Assembly: GCA_036231405.1 (NCBI GenBank)
Contig: JAZAHK010000006.1
Coordinates: 126,812-190,811 of the forward strand
Direction of reading: 5' to 3'
Origin: Nitrospinota bacterium
GTDB taxonomy: Bacteria > UBA8248
Length of the DNA stretch: 64,000 nucleotides
Positions within the stretch are counted from its first letter, which is position 1. Every line of letters begins with the position of its first letter. The notes beneath the pieces are model-generated. The model saw only the letters and a list, made by a program, of their open reading frames with translations, had not been told where the DNA came from and did no database searches. Shown here piece after piece: positions 19,732 to 31,146 of the stretch. A program made the position numbers and the translations under genes.

Positions 19732-20802
19732 ATGGTAAAAAAAAATGATGGGAAAATAAAAGAATTAGATTTATTTGAATTTTCAGTAGCAATCATAGAA
19801 TCTATAGGAGTTAAAAAAGAAAATGCTGAAATAACTTCAAAAATTTTAGTTGGGGCTGATTTGCGCGGTATCTCTAGTCATGGAGTAGCTGGTGGAACTG
19901 GACTTACAGAACTTTTTGACAGGGTGAAGGCGAATGCAATAAATCCAGATGCAAAAACACAATTAAAACTTAAGGAAGGCTGGGCCAGTGGAACTATTGA
20001 TGGTGACGGTGGAATAGGACCAGTCGTAGCTCAGGAAGCAACTCAATTAGTAGGTGACCTAGCTGAGAAATACGGGATTGGAAGAGTTTTTGTAAATAAT
20101 ACTAATCATTATGGTGCTGCGTGTTTGTATGTAGAAGAGCTCGTCTCCCGTGGTTTTGCGGCGCGCTCAACATGTACATCTGGAGCATGGATGATACCTT
20201 TTGGAGGAGAAAAAATTCGTCTTGGAACTAATCCTATAGCTTGGGGAGTACCCGGTAAAAATTTTCCAATTGTAATTGATATGGCAACAACACAAAGAGC
20301 AGTGAGTCCTGCAATACGTGCGTCTAAATCTTCTCAACCGATTCCAGATGATTATCTTATTAGTGAAGATGGTCAACCCCTAACTGGAATTGTTCCCTTT
20401 TCTATTTTAAAAAAAGGTTCTGTTAGACCTCTTGGTGGAAAGCAATTTGGATATAAAGGCTCTGGCCTTGGAATGTTAATTGATTTAGATAATGTTATTG
20501 GAGGAGGTTCTGTAAAAAGAATCCCCACTATGAGAGAAGCACCTTTAAGTAGAATAAGTCAAACTTTTGAAGCTTGGAGAATAGACCAGTTTTATGAGCA
20601 GGAAGAAAGCATGAAAAAATTAATAGAATCAATAACAGACATTAAAAAAAGTGGTGGCAAGCAGATGCTTTTCCCTGGGGAGAGAGAAGCTATTTCAAAA
20701 TTAGAAGCGGAAAAAAATGGAATTCCTTATGAAAAATCTCAATGGAAAACTCTAGAAGAACTCTCTCAATTAACAGGAATTGCTGTTCCAAATCCATGTT
20801 GA
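19732..20802 (+). CDS. Ldh family (malate/L-lactate dehydrogenase family 2, Ldh_2) oxidoreductase
   Basis: Contains the GISSHGV motif; the 356-aa ORF is typical of the Ldh_2 family. Confidence 0.7.
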   Translation: MVKKNDGKIKELDLFEFSVAIIESIGVKKENAEITSKILVGADLRGISSHGVAGGTGLTELFDRVKANAINPDAKTQLKLKEGWASGTIDGDGGIGPVVAQEATQLVGDLAEKYGIGRVFVNNTNHYGAACLYVEELVSRGFAARSTCTSGAWMIPFGGEKIRLGTNPIAWGVPGKNFPIVIDMATTQRAVSPAIRASKSSQPIPDDYLISEDGQPLTGIVPFSILKKGSVRPLGGKQFGYKGSGLGMLIDLDNVIGGGSVKRIPTMREAPLSRISQTFEAWRIDQFYEQEESMKKLIESITDIKKSGGKQMLFPGEREAISKLEAEKNGIPYEKSQWKTLEELSQLTGIAVPNPC

Positions 20803-20812
20803 AATTTTTTCT

Positions 20813-22087
20813 CTATCCTAAATCTTTACTAGAAGTTTCTTTGAAACGGACAAATTCTATTTGCCTATCCGAAACAGAATCAATAGTAATTAACCAATTC
20901 TCGAATCTAATCTCATCACCTTCGCTTGGAATCTTTTCAAACTGATCAAGTAGAAATCCGGATAACGTTTCATAATCTCCTAGAGGTATAGGAACCATGA
21001 GTTGTTCTCTAATAATCTCAATTTCAATTCTTGCGTCAATTATATAACCTTTTTCTCCTATCTTTGAATATTTCCTATTTTCATCCCAATCATATTCATC
21101 GCTTATTTCACCAACTACCTCTTCGACTAAATCCTCCAGTGTTACTATCCCTACACAAGCTCCGTATTCATCTACAACCACAGCTAACTTATTCCTTTCA
21201 TTCATCATTTCGTATAATAAGTCATTTGCAGACTTAGATTCAGGAACAAAATATACTGGTCTCATTAAATTAGAATTTTCAATGATCAAGTCATTTGAAC
21301 TAGAAGTGGACGAAATTAGGTCCTTAGCATGAACTATACCGATTATATTCTGCGTATTTTCTCTATAAATAAGAATTCTTGAGTGCCCATCTTTATAAAT
21401 TCTATCAACAACACTTTGAACTTTTCCGTCAAAACTAACTACACTGGCATCAATCATTGGAACCATAACGTTACTTACATCTAGATCTCGAAAAGAAAAT
21501 ATTTTACGGATCATTGTTTTTTCAACCTCACGGACATCTCCCCTTCTTTCCTCATCTATCATTAGTTCAAGTTCTTTCCTGCTAATCAAAGAAGTACTAG
21601 GATAGTTTCCTCCACCCAGTAAGCGTATGAGGAAATTGATTAGAATACTTAAAAGCCAGATGATAGGAAATAATATTTTTCTGATGTACCAGATCATTGA
21701 CGCAAGTGAAGGGGCTAATATATTTGCTCTTTCCCTACAAAAACTTTTTGGTATCACCTCACCAAAAATAATTAAAATAGGCACAATAATCAAAAAAGAA
21801 ATAATTTCACCATATTTACTTCCTGCAAACTCAATCCCATAAAATGTCACTAATGAAACATTGGTAACGAAACATAAATTATGACAAATAAGAATCGTTC
21901 CCATTAGCCATTCAGGTTTTTCAAGTAATTCAAGTGCAACTTTACTTCCATAATGTCCAGATGAAGCCTTAGCTTGTAAATGTACTCTATCTGCTGAAAT
22001 AAGTGCTATTTCAGATCCAGCAAACAAAGCTTCGGCACACAAAAGAAAAAAACATATTCCTAGTAATGTAATAATTTCCAACTTCAT
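20813..22087 (-). CDS. Hemolysin/CNNM family protein (DUF21 + CBS pair + CorC_HlyC)
   Basis: N-terminal four-TM DUF21, a CBS region, and a C-terminal transporter-associated domain. Confidence 0.8.
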   Translation of the reverse strand: MKLEIITLLGICFFLLCAEALFAGSEIALISADRVHLQAKASSGHYGSKVALELLEKPEWLMGTILICHNLCFVTNVSLVTFYGIEFAGSKYGEIISFLIIVPILIIFGEVIPKSFCRERANILAPSLASMIWYIRKILFPIIWLLSILINFLIRLLGGGNYPSTSLISRKELELMIDEERRGDVREVEKTMIRKIFSFRDLDVSNVMVPMIDASVVSFDGKVQSVVDRIYKDGHSRILIYRENTQNIIGIVHAKDLISSTSSSNDLIIENSNLMRPVYFVPESKSANDLLYEMMNERNKLAVVVDEYGACVGIVTLEDLVEEVVGEISDEYDWDENRKYSKIGEKGYIIDARIEIEIIREQLMVPIPLGDYETLSGFLLDQFEKIPSEGDEIRFENWLITIDSVSDRQIEFVRFKETSSKDLG

Positions 22088-22127
22088 CTACCTTAAGAAG
22101 AAATGAATCTTTATTTATTAAATAGTT

Positions 22128-23138
22128 TTATTGCTCAATTTGTTCTTGTCTGATTTCTCCAAAAATTTCTTCTAAAAGATCCGTCATAGTCACCATACCA
22201 ACTACTTTTCGAAATCTATCTAAAACTATTGCTATATGAATTCTTCTTCTTCGAAACATATGAAATAAAATATCGAGTTTTGTATCAATAGAAACAAACA
22301 AAGGCTCACGAAGCATATTTGGTGACAAAATTCCGTCTGGAATTCCTTTCATTGATGACACAGACCTAAGAAAATCTTTGATATAAAGAATTCCGATAAT
22401 TTCAGTCTTTTCAACGTTAAAAACAGGTATTCGAGAAAAAGGAACTTTCTTTACACGTTTTAATATCTCTCCAAAATTAAGACCATTATCCCAACATAAC
22501 ATCTGATCTCTCGAAACAAGGATTGTTTCAATTTTTTTGTCATGGAAGGAAAAAACATTTTGAATTATTTTATTTTCAATTTCTTCAACTTCGCCCTCTG
22601 AGACGCCTATTTCAACTAAATTTAAAAACTCATTCTCATTCAATACATTTTCCTTCGCCGTAGATTTAACACCAAGTAGAGAAAGAAAATTATTAGCAAA
22701 AAAAAGACAAAAATTCCTTAATGGAGAAATTAATGCTGCAAAAAAGGAAACCGGATAAACAAGGAATCGTGCGCTCTTTTCAGGAAATCGCGCTGCAAAT
22801 GATTTGGGAGTAATTTCTCCAAAAATCATTAAGACAGGTAGAAGAAAACAAGGAACTAACCATTCAAATCCACTTCCAAAATAAAAGATAATTGTACCCA
22901 TAAACAAAGATGAGGCTGCTATATTTACAATTTCATTACAAATTAAGATAGAAGTTATGAGCCTTCGAGGATCTTCAAGTAAAAAAGCAATTTTAAAACC
23001 TGTAGAACCAGAATTCCTTAATTTTCCAATTTGACTTTTTGAAAGGGAAAAAAAAGAGGTTTCGGTCCCAGAAAAACATGCAGATAGAAATAAAAGAAAG
23101 ATAAAAAAAAGTACACGAAAAAAGAAAATAGTATCCAA
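22128..23138 (-). CDS. DUF21/CBS-domain membrane protein (CNNM-like paralog lacking C-terminal CorC_HlyC)
   Basis: 336-aa paralog of the adjacent CNNM gene. Confidence 0.7.
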   Translation of the reverse strand: MDTIFFFRVLFFIFLLFLSACFSGTETSFFSLSKSQIGKLRNSGSTGFKIAFLLEDPRRLITSILICNEIVNIAASSLFMGTIIFYFGSGFEWLVPCFLLPVLMIFGEITPKSFAARFPEKSARFLVYPVSFFAALISPLRNFCLFFANNFLSLLGVKSTAKENVLNENEFLNLVEIGVSEGEVEEIENKIIQNVFSFHDKKIETILVSRDQMLCWDNGLNFGEILKRVKKVPFSRIPVFNVEKTEIIGILYIKDFLRSVSSMKGIPDGILSPNMLREPLFVSIDTKLDILFHMFRRRRIHIAIVLDRFRKVVGMVTMTDLLEEIFGEIRQEQIEQ

Positions 23139-23244
23139 TCCTAATATCCAATAAAGAAAGGAATTGAAAAAAACATAAAAACATTCATTCTATACAAATA
23201 ACAACTCACAAAAAAACATGGGGAAGGAAATACATACCTGTTTG

Positions 23245-24123
23245 TCAAAAATTTAAATTCCTTAGAAATTCACGGAGTTCATCTCCCATATCCTCACGAG
23301 AAAGACCATACTCTATATTCGCTTTTATAAATCCAATTTTACTTCCAGCATCATATCTTTTCCCTTCAAATTGATATCCATATACATCGCATGAATTAAG
23401 TAACATTTTGATCGCATCGGTTAATTGTATCTCTCCCTTAGTGTCTGGTTTCACTTTATGAATAAATTTGAAAATGTCGGAATTAAAAATGTACCGGCCT
23501 ATGATTGCCAAATCAGAAGGAGCGTCCTTAAGTTTAGGTTTTTCAACAACATCCTCTACCAGTAATAGTTCCTTTTGCATTAAATCAGTTTTCTTTGCCT
23601 TTATAACTCCATACTTGCTTATATCGGCACCTGAAACACTCATTATCGATAGAACAGGAGAATTATTTAAAGAAACAGAAACGTCAATCAACTGTTTTAT
23701 TACTGGAACTTTACTCCGAATTAAATCATCGCTTAAGACAACAACAAAAGGTTCTTCGCCTACTAATTTTTCAGCACACAATAATGCATGTCCAAGTCCT
23801 AAGGGATGATCTTGATGTACAGAAACAATCCGAATTTTCTGAGAAAGTTCTTCTAATGATGACAAGAGATCATATTGTCCACTCTTAAGTAATCGATCTC
23901 TAAGTTCATAAGAATTATTAAAATGATCTACTATTGACTCTTTCCCTCGAGAAGTAACAAAAATAGCCTCCTCCATTCCGGAAGCAACTGCTTCCTCCAA
24001 CGCCAATTGAATTTGTGGAACATCAACTATAGGTAACATTTCTTTCGGAATGACTTTTGTTGCGGGTAGAAAGCGTGATCCAAGTCCTGCAACCGGAAAA
24101 ACCACTTTTTTTATTTTAGTCAA
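23245..24123 (-). CDS. galU: UTP--glucose-1-phosphate uridylyltransferase
   Basis: Contains KVVFPVAGLGSRFLPATKVIPKEMLPIVD. The TTG at 24123 is preceded by AGGTG and avoids ligA. The first ATG at 24189 would overlap the ligA 3' end by 38 nt. Confidence 0.8.
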   Translation of the reverse strand: MTKIKKVVFPVAGLGSRFLPATKVIPKEMLPIVDVPQIQLALEEAVASGMEEAIFVTSRGKESIVDHFNNSYELRDRLLKSGQYDLLSSLEELSQKIRIVSVHQDHPLGLGHALLCAEKLVGEEPFVVVLSDDLIRSKVPVIKQLIDVSVSLNNSPVLSIMSVSGADISKYGVIKAKKTDLMQKELLLVEDVVEKPKLKDAPSDLAIIGRYIFNSDIFKFIHKVKPDTKGEIQLTDAIKMLLNSCDVYGYQFEGKRYDAGSKIGFIKANIEYGLSREDMGDELREFLRNLNF

Positions 24124-24151
24124 TATAACACCTATTTTATCTAAAAAATAA

Positions 24152-26206
<2,055 letters not shown>

Positions 26207-26228
26207 TCATCACTGAAATCAAGATTTT

Positions 26229-27278
26229 CTAAAAAGATTTAAGCTTTTCTCTAGCCTTTTTAGAGGCATCTGAAGAAGGGAACCTTATAATAAGTCTTGA
26301 CAACAATTCTCTCGCACTCGCCCTATCACCAAAATTCAAGTAAGACATTGCTTCATAAAAAATAGAATCAGGCACCATATCCCCCTTTGGATAGTCTACT
26401 TGTACCTTACTGAAACCTAGAATAGCTTGTTCAAAACTTTTTTTAATATAAAAAATCTTCCCGATCCAAAATTGGGCATCATCAGAAAGAGTGTGATTAG
26501 GATATTTATTCAAGAAATTCTCGAAAAGAACACGTGAACTGTTTAAACTCTTACCGTAACGATAGAATCGGACAGCATTCTTAAATTCGATCTCTGCTTG
26601 AGAAAGTGTTTTTTTAGCTGAGACAATTTTCGAGTTATTTTTTTTTGCCACACTACCGATTTTTTTATTTAAAACTAAAGATTTCCCAACAGGAGCAAGT
26701 TTCTGATCTGGTTGACCAACTAGAAGGGATTCTCTCTTTCCATTTTTGTTTAAAGAACCTTTATATCCATAGGGTATTTTTTGTTTTAAGATTTTTGTCA
26801 GTTTTTGTTTCATTTCTTTCAACTCACTTAACAAAATTTCATTTTTTTTCTTTAGAAATAAAATATCATCTGCCAGTTTCTTTTCTCTTTTTTTTGTTTC
26901 ATTTTTATATTCAATAAAATCCCTTTTGAACGAATGCAAGGATTCAGATAATCTTTTTGACTCTTTTTTCTGATTTTTACTTAAACTATTTACATTTTCT
27001 TTTATTTTAAAAATTTCTTGATTTTTGGAAAAAGAATCTGATTCCGAACGAATTAATTTTGATAGTGACGAATCGATTGGAAGTACATTTTTTTTTAATC
27101 TAATTTTTTTCTGTACTGCTATTTCTGGCCCTACCTTCTTTTTCTTAGGAATTAAGGTTTCTCCGACAACTGGGGAACTTAATTGAAACCCAGGCTCGTC
27201 ACACCCTGCCATGAGAACGCAAAGAGAAGTCAAATATAGTATTGATTTTAAGTAATTATAAGGATAGAAATTCATCAT
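26229..27278 (-). CDS. cpoB: Tol-Pal system protein YbgF/CpoB (signal peptide, long coiled coil, C-terminal TPR)
   Basis: Lies last in the tolQRAB-pal order. The C-terminal TPR-like region and a Lys/Glu-rich coiled coil are present. Confidence 0.7.
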   Translation of the reverse strand: MMNFYPYNYLKSILYLTSLCVLMAGCDEPGFQLSSPVVGETLIPKKKKVGPEIAVQKKIRLKKNVLPIDSSLSKLIRSESDSFSKNQEIFKIKENVNSLSKNQKKESKRLSESLHSFKRDFIEYKNETKKREKKLADDILFLKKKNEILLSELKEMKQKLTKILKQKIPYGYKGSLNKNGKRESLLVGQPDQKLAPVGKSLVLNKKIGSVAKKNNSKIVSAKKTLSQAEIEFKNAVRFYRYGKSLNSSRVLFENFLNKYPNHTLSDDAQFWIGKIFYIKKSFEQAILGFSKVQVDYPKGDMVPDSIFYEAMSYLNFGDRASARELLSRLIIRFPSSDASKKAREKLKSF

Positions 27279-27339
27279 AAAAAAACTCCCCAGATTTAAT
27301 CTAGGGAGTCCTTATTGAACTAAGCGACATAAAGCATAC

Positions 27340-28008
27340 TTAATTTAAACCAGAAGGTATTCCACCAATAACATTGGATTTCGCTCGACGATTCTTCGAC
27401 CAGGCAGACTCATCGTGTCCTGAATCAGCTGGACGTTCCTCTCCATAACTAACCGTGTCTATTCTTGATGCATCAACACCAAGAGAAACTAGATAATCCT
27501 TTACAGCCTGAGAACGACGATGTCCTAGTGCAATATTATACTCAACAGTACCTCTTTCGTCGCAATGACCTTCTATCTGTACAAGCAGGGTGGGGTTATT
27601 TTCCATAAAACGTGCATTCGTATCTAAAATTGAACGCATTGCAGGCTTTATGTCCGACTTATCAAAATCAAAATAAATAGGGGAATCCTCAAATCTTGCT
27701 AAATCTTTTTTAAAACCAGAACGTCTAGCCTCACGCTCGTTTTCAGGCATACTTCCACTACTTCCACTACTTCCACTACTTCCACTACTTCCACTACTTC
27801 CACTACTTCCACCTTCGGAGCCTCTCATTTTGGTCTTCATAGAGGAAGCGGAACTTGAACCATCAGAGGTCTTCTTTGCAAGATCTTCAGATGCACAGCC
27901 AACGAAAAATAAGAAAGCAGCTAAGACTACAAAAAACGGAAAACGAGAAACAGAATAAATCGAGTACATAATACCCCCTTGCAGTCCCCCAATTAAATAT
28001 GTAACCAC
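27340..28008 (-). CDS. pal: Peptidoglycan-associated lipoprotein Pal (OmpA family) with (SGS)n linker
   Basis: Has a lipobox (VGCAS), the OmpA_C motif [12 protein letters not shown], and sits directly after tolB. Confidence 0.85.
   Translation of the reverse strand: MVTYLIGGLQGGIMYSIYSVSRFPFFVVLAAFLFFVGCASEDLAKKTSDGSSSASSMKTKMRGSEGGSSGSSGSSGSSGSSGSSGSMPENEREARRSGFKKDLARFEDSPIYFDFDKSDIKPAMRSILDTNARFMENNPTLLVQIEGHCDERGTVEYNIALGHRRSQAVKDYLVSLGVDASRIDTVSYGEERPADSGHDESAWSKNRRAKSNVIGGIPSGLN
27751..27813. repeat. Perfect 9-bp tandem repeat (ACTTCCACT x6 plus one variant copy), encoding (SGS)n inside pal
   Basis: Read directly from the sequence; it is a coding VNTR that preserves the frame. Confidence 0.9.
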
Positions 28009-28116
28009 ATAAGAAATTTAAAAGAAATTACAAACACGTCCTTGATTATATGATTATAAATTGCTTAGAGCAACCCTTTTTAAGTACAACAGTGTATTCA
28101 ATAAAAAAACTTCTTT

Positions 28117-29463
28117 TTATCGAGGTAATGGCGCCCAATCTGGTTCTTGACCAGGTTGTAGTTTCTTTAACTGTGTTCCTGAATCAGTCATAGTATAAAC
28201 ATACTTTCTGCCTTCACGATCAGATGAAAATGCAATATGTCTTCCATTGGGAGACCAAGTTGGAGACTCATTTCTTCCTTGACTACCAGTGAGTCTTCTC
28301 ACACCAGAACCATCCGGGTTCATTGTAACGATATCAATTTCTTTACCCCTTTTAACTCTACCAGTATAAGCAATTTTATCTCCCTTAGGACTCCAAACAG
28401 GTTCTGTATTATAATTGCCACTAAAAGTGATTCTATTTAAATTAGTTCCATCAGAATTCATCACATAAATATGAGGATTCCCATGTCGACTACTATTGAA
28501 AACAATTTTTCTCCCATCTGGTGAATAAGAAGGGGAAACATCAATTCCCCAACTATTCGTTAATCTTCTCTTGATTCTTCTAAATAGATCGTAACGAACT
28601 AGCTCATAATTAGGACGTCTTTTCCCAATTAACTGGGAATATATAAAAAACCTACTTGTAGGATTCGCAGGTGAGAAAGATCCACCAATTGCCTGAGCCT
28701 TCCTAGAACTGACTCGTAACTGTCTTCCTCCATTAGTTGGAATTAAAAAAACTCCTGGAGGATTTGTTTTAAAGGATGAAAAAGCCAACCACTTGCCATC
28801 CGGGGACCAAGAAGGTGCATTATTACCCCTCCGATTTCTTGTAATCCTCCTCAGATTAGTACCATTCCAATTCATAATAAATATAACACCCTTTTCTTCT
28901 ATTGAACGTCTAGATACAAATGCTATTTCTGTATCAAATATCCCCTTATCTCCCGTAAACCTTTCATAAACTTCATTTGCAAAACGATGGGCTATAGAAC
29001 GCCAATTGCTTATACTATCTTGCTTGTACCATTTATTTAATATGCTTCTTTTACGAAAAACATCGAAAAGGCTGAAATTGACTCTAATTCTTTTGCCTTT
29101 TATACGAACAGAACCTTTAACTAGTGATTGCACTTTAATAATTTTTTCCCAATTACGAAACTTTAAACATCTCTTTTCTATGCATTGTCTTGAAGGACTT
29201 TCTAGATAACCTTTTCGGTCTGGTATATAAAAAAGACCCGTTCTTTCTAAATCTTCTTGAACGAGTTCTGAAATTTTCAACCCAATGTTGTTTTTTCGAT
29301 AATTCATAGGTTTTAATTCAGAAATTGCTATACGAATCTTACGAACTCTAGAAGAAAAAATATCTAAATACACACGTTTTTTCGCGTAACACTCAGATGT
29401 AAAAAAATGAAAATAAGAAAATGTAAAAAAGACAATTAGACAAAAAAGAAGTAATTTTTTCAT
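28117..29463 (-). CDS. tolB: Tol-Pal system beta-propeller protein TolB
   Basis: Repeated PSWSPDG, PSYSPDG and PTWSPNG blades follow a TolB_N-like N-terminal region; the ORF is 448 aa. Confidence 0.9.
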   Translation of the reverse strand: MKKLLLFCLIVFFTFSYFHFFTSECYAKKRVYLDIFSSRVRKIRIAISELKPMNYRKNNIGLKISELVQEDLERTGLFYIPDRKGYLESPSRQCIEKRCLKFRNWEKIIKVQSLVKGSVRIKGKRIRVNFSLFDVFRKRSILNKWYKQDSISNWRSIAHRFANEVYERFTGDKGIFDTEIAFVSRRSIEEKGVIFIMNWNGTNLRRITRNRRGNNAPSWSPDGKWLAFSSFKTNPPGVFLIPTNGGRQLRVSSRKAQAIGGSFSPANPTSRFFIYSQLIGKRRPNYELVRYDLFRRIKRRLTNSWGIDVSPSYSPDGRKIVFNSSRHGNPHIYVMNSDGTNLNRITFSGNYNTEPVWSPKGDKIAYTGRVKRGKEIDIVTMNPDGSGVRRLTGSQGRNESPTWSPNGRHIAFSSDREGRKYVYTMTDSGTQLKKLQPGQEPDWAPLPR

Positions 29464-29490
29464 TCCTTTTATATCTTCTCCATTTTAAAC

Positions 29491-29796
29491 TTAATCTTTA
29501 CAAAAACCTGTTCCACAAAAACGAAAACCAGTCGGAATCATTTTATCTTTAATAGTCTCTGGAAACTTCGGGACAAGCGGGTCAAAAGCACGAAGAATAG
29601 CATTTTTTGCAGATAGATCATACGTCTTATTTCCACTTGATTTTTTTATTCTAAGCTTACGATAACGACCATTTCTATAAATATCTACGTCAAATGTAAC
29701 TCTAAGTGATGAAATTCCTGGAATAGGTGGAAATTCGGTAAAACTACTAATTCTAGATGTTAAAACTCCATAATATCTTTCTATAGCAGAGTTCAA
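29491..29796 (-). CDS. tolA: TolA C-terminal (TonB_C-like) domain ORF, in frame with the upstream tolA segment across a TAG
   Basis: Contains LRVTFDVDIYRNGRYRKLRIKKSSGNKTYDLSAKNAILRA, TonB/TolA domain III-like. The open frame extends upstream through a Gly-rich linker to the TAG at 29944-29946. Confidence 0.6.
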   Translation of the reverse strand: MNSAIERYYGVLTSRISSFTEFPPIPGISSLRVTFDVDIYRNGRYRKLRIKKSSGNKTYDLSAKNAILRAFDPLVPKFPETIKDKMIPTGFRFCGTGFCKD

Positions 29797-29943
29797 ATTC
29801 CCGATACCACCAGTTCTCGGTTGTTTACTTCCGCCGCCCTGTCCATCTCCTCCCCCTTCTCCTAGATATCCAACCTTTGGCCGAATTGGAGAGGACTTTC
29901 CATCAGAAGTTTTGCCTATTTTTTCACTCTGCTCAAATTTAAA

Positions 29944-30654
29944 CTATTTTGATTTTTTTGTATTTTTTTTCTCATTTCTTATTCTCTTCAGATATTTCTT
30001 CCTATAGGCTTGATATCTTTTTTGACCGGAATTTACTTTCTTCTTTATTCTTCTACGTTTCTTCTTCTTTCTAATTCGTTTCTTCTTTCTAATTGGTTTA
30101 CGTTTCTTCTTCTTTCTGATTCGTTTCTTCTTTGTAATTGGTTTACGTTTTTCTGAAAGAGCTTGAATCTTCTTTTTAGTTTTAATTTTTTTCAGACTTT
30201 TTACTTCAATTTTTTTGACTTTCTTTTTTTTCACAGGAGAGATAACTCTCACCTTTTCTTTATTTTTTGTTATCCGTTTGGTGAGAGTTTTTCGATTTCT
30301 CTTGAAAACAGTCTTCTTGACTAATGGTTTTTCTATCTCAATTTTTTTTTGTTTAACCGGAATAATATCGCCTGATTTTCCCTTCGCAGAACCTCCTGGT
30401 ATTTCGTCCGCCCCTATAAGGCTGACGGCAGTTCCACTTCCGTAAAAACGATATTCTGTTTCAGTGCTAAATATAAAAACCCACAAAAAAATGACTATAT
30501 GTATTAAAAAAGATGATAGAAAAGAAATTCTAAAGGAAAACTTCTTATAGATTTGATCCTCGTTTGAGGTTACAAGCTGACTTCTCTCCGATTGGATGAA
30601 CGAATCTTTCGGGCTTTCATTATCAGGGTCTTTTATTGGAAGGATTTCACTCAT
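29944..30654 (-). CDS. tolA: TolA N-terminal segment (TM anchor plus Lys-rich helical domain II), ending at an in-frame TAG
   Basis: TM helix FLSSFLIHIVIFLWVFIF followed by a highly basic repeat region. It occupies the tolA position between tolR and tolB. Confidence 0.6.
   Translation of the reverse strand: MSEILPIKDPDNESPKDSFIQSERSQLVTSNEDQIYKKFSFRISFLSSFLIHIVIFLWVFIFSTETEYRFYGSGTAVSLIGADEIPGGSAKGKSGDIIPVKQKKIEIEKPLVKKTVFKRNRKTLTKRITKNKEKVRVISPVKKKKVKKIEVKSLKKIKTKKKIQALSEKRKPITKKKRIRKKKKRKPIRKKKRIRKKKKRRRIKKKVNSGQKRYQAYRKKYLKRIRNEKKNTKKSK
30055..30144. repeat. Two near-identical 45-bp tandem units (plus a partial third) inside tolA, encoding KRKPIxKKKRIRKKK repeats
   Basis: Units 30055-30099 and 30100-30144 differ at 2 positions. 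Confidence 0.8.
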
Positions 30655-30687
30655 TTCAGACCTAAATCAACAACTAAACAAAATTGT

Positions 30688-31122
30688 TTATTTTCTAGAT
30701 TTTTTCCTTTGCGGAGGCTCAGTTACCATACTTATTTTTTTTATCCCAGAAGACCGTATCAAATCCATTACGATCATGACATTTCCATAAGAAATTATTC
30801 TGTCAGCCCTTAAAAAGATTTCTTTTTTACTTCTCGAGGCAAATAAAATCTCTAGTTTCTTTTTTAACTCTGGTTGAGGAATTTCATTGTCATTTAGATA
30901 TACGATTCCTTGTTTATCAATAGAAACAATTACAGCTGTCTCTGTCATATTCGCTTTTTGTCCAGTCTTCACCTGAGGCAAATTCAAATTTATAGATTCA
31001 TTTTTCGTTTCCAAAAGTGGTGCCGTAACCATAAAAATAACTAAAAGCACCAACATAACATCAACTAGTGGGGTAACATTGATGTCAGACAGAGTAGAAT
31101 TTTTATTCAGATTAATCGCCAA
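30688..31122 (-). CDS. tolR: Biopolymer transport protein TolR (ExbD family)
   Basis: Contains INVTPLVDVMLVLLVIFMV and is 144 aa. Confidence 0.85.
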   Translation of the reverse strand: MAINLNKNSTLSDINVTPLVDVMLVLLVIFMVTAPLLETKNESINLNLPQVKTGQKANMTETAVIVSIDKQGIVYLNDNEIPQPELKKKLEILFASRSKKEIFLRADRIISYGNVMIVMDLIRSSGIKKISMVTEPPQRKKSRK

Positions 31123-31146
31123 AAAAACCCTTTCTTACAAAATGCA

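Noticed and set aside
27751-27813. A CRISPR-like array was considered for the 9-bp repeat
   Set aside because: The units are contiguous with no spacers, are only 9 bp long, and lie in frame inside pal. It is a coding microsatellite, not a CRISPR.
29944-29946. TAG reassignment (amber as a sense codon) as the explanation for the tolA interruption
   Set aside because: TAG terminates at least one well-defined gene in the window (amidase at 7758-7760). No other ORF shows in-frame TAGs, so genome-wide recoding is unlikely. Local suppression or an error cannot be excluded.
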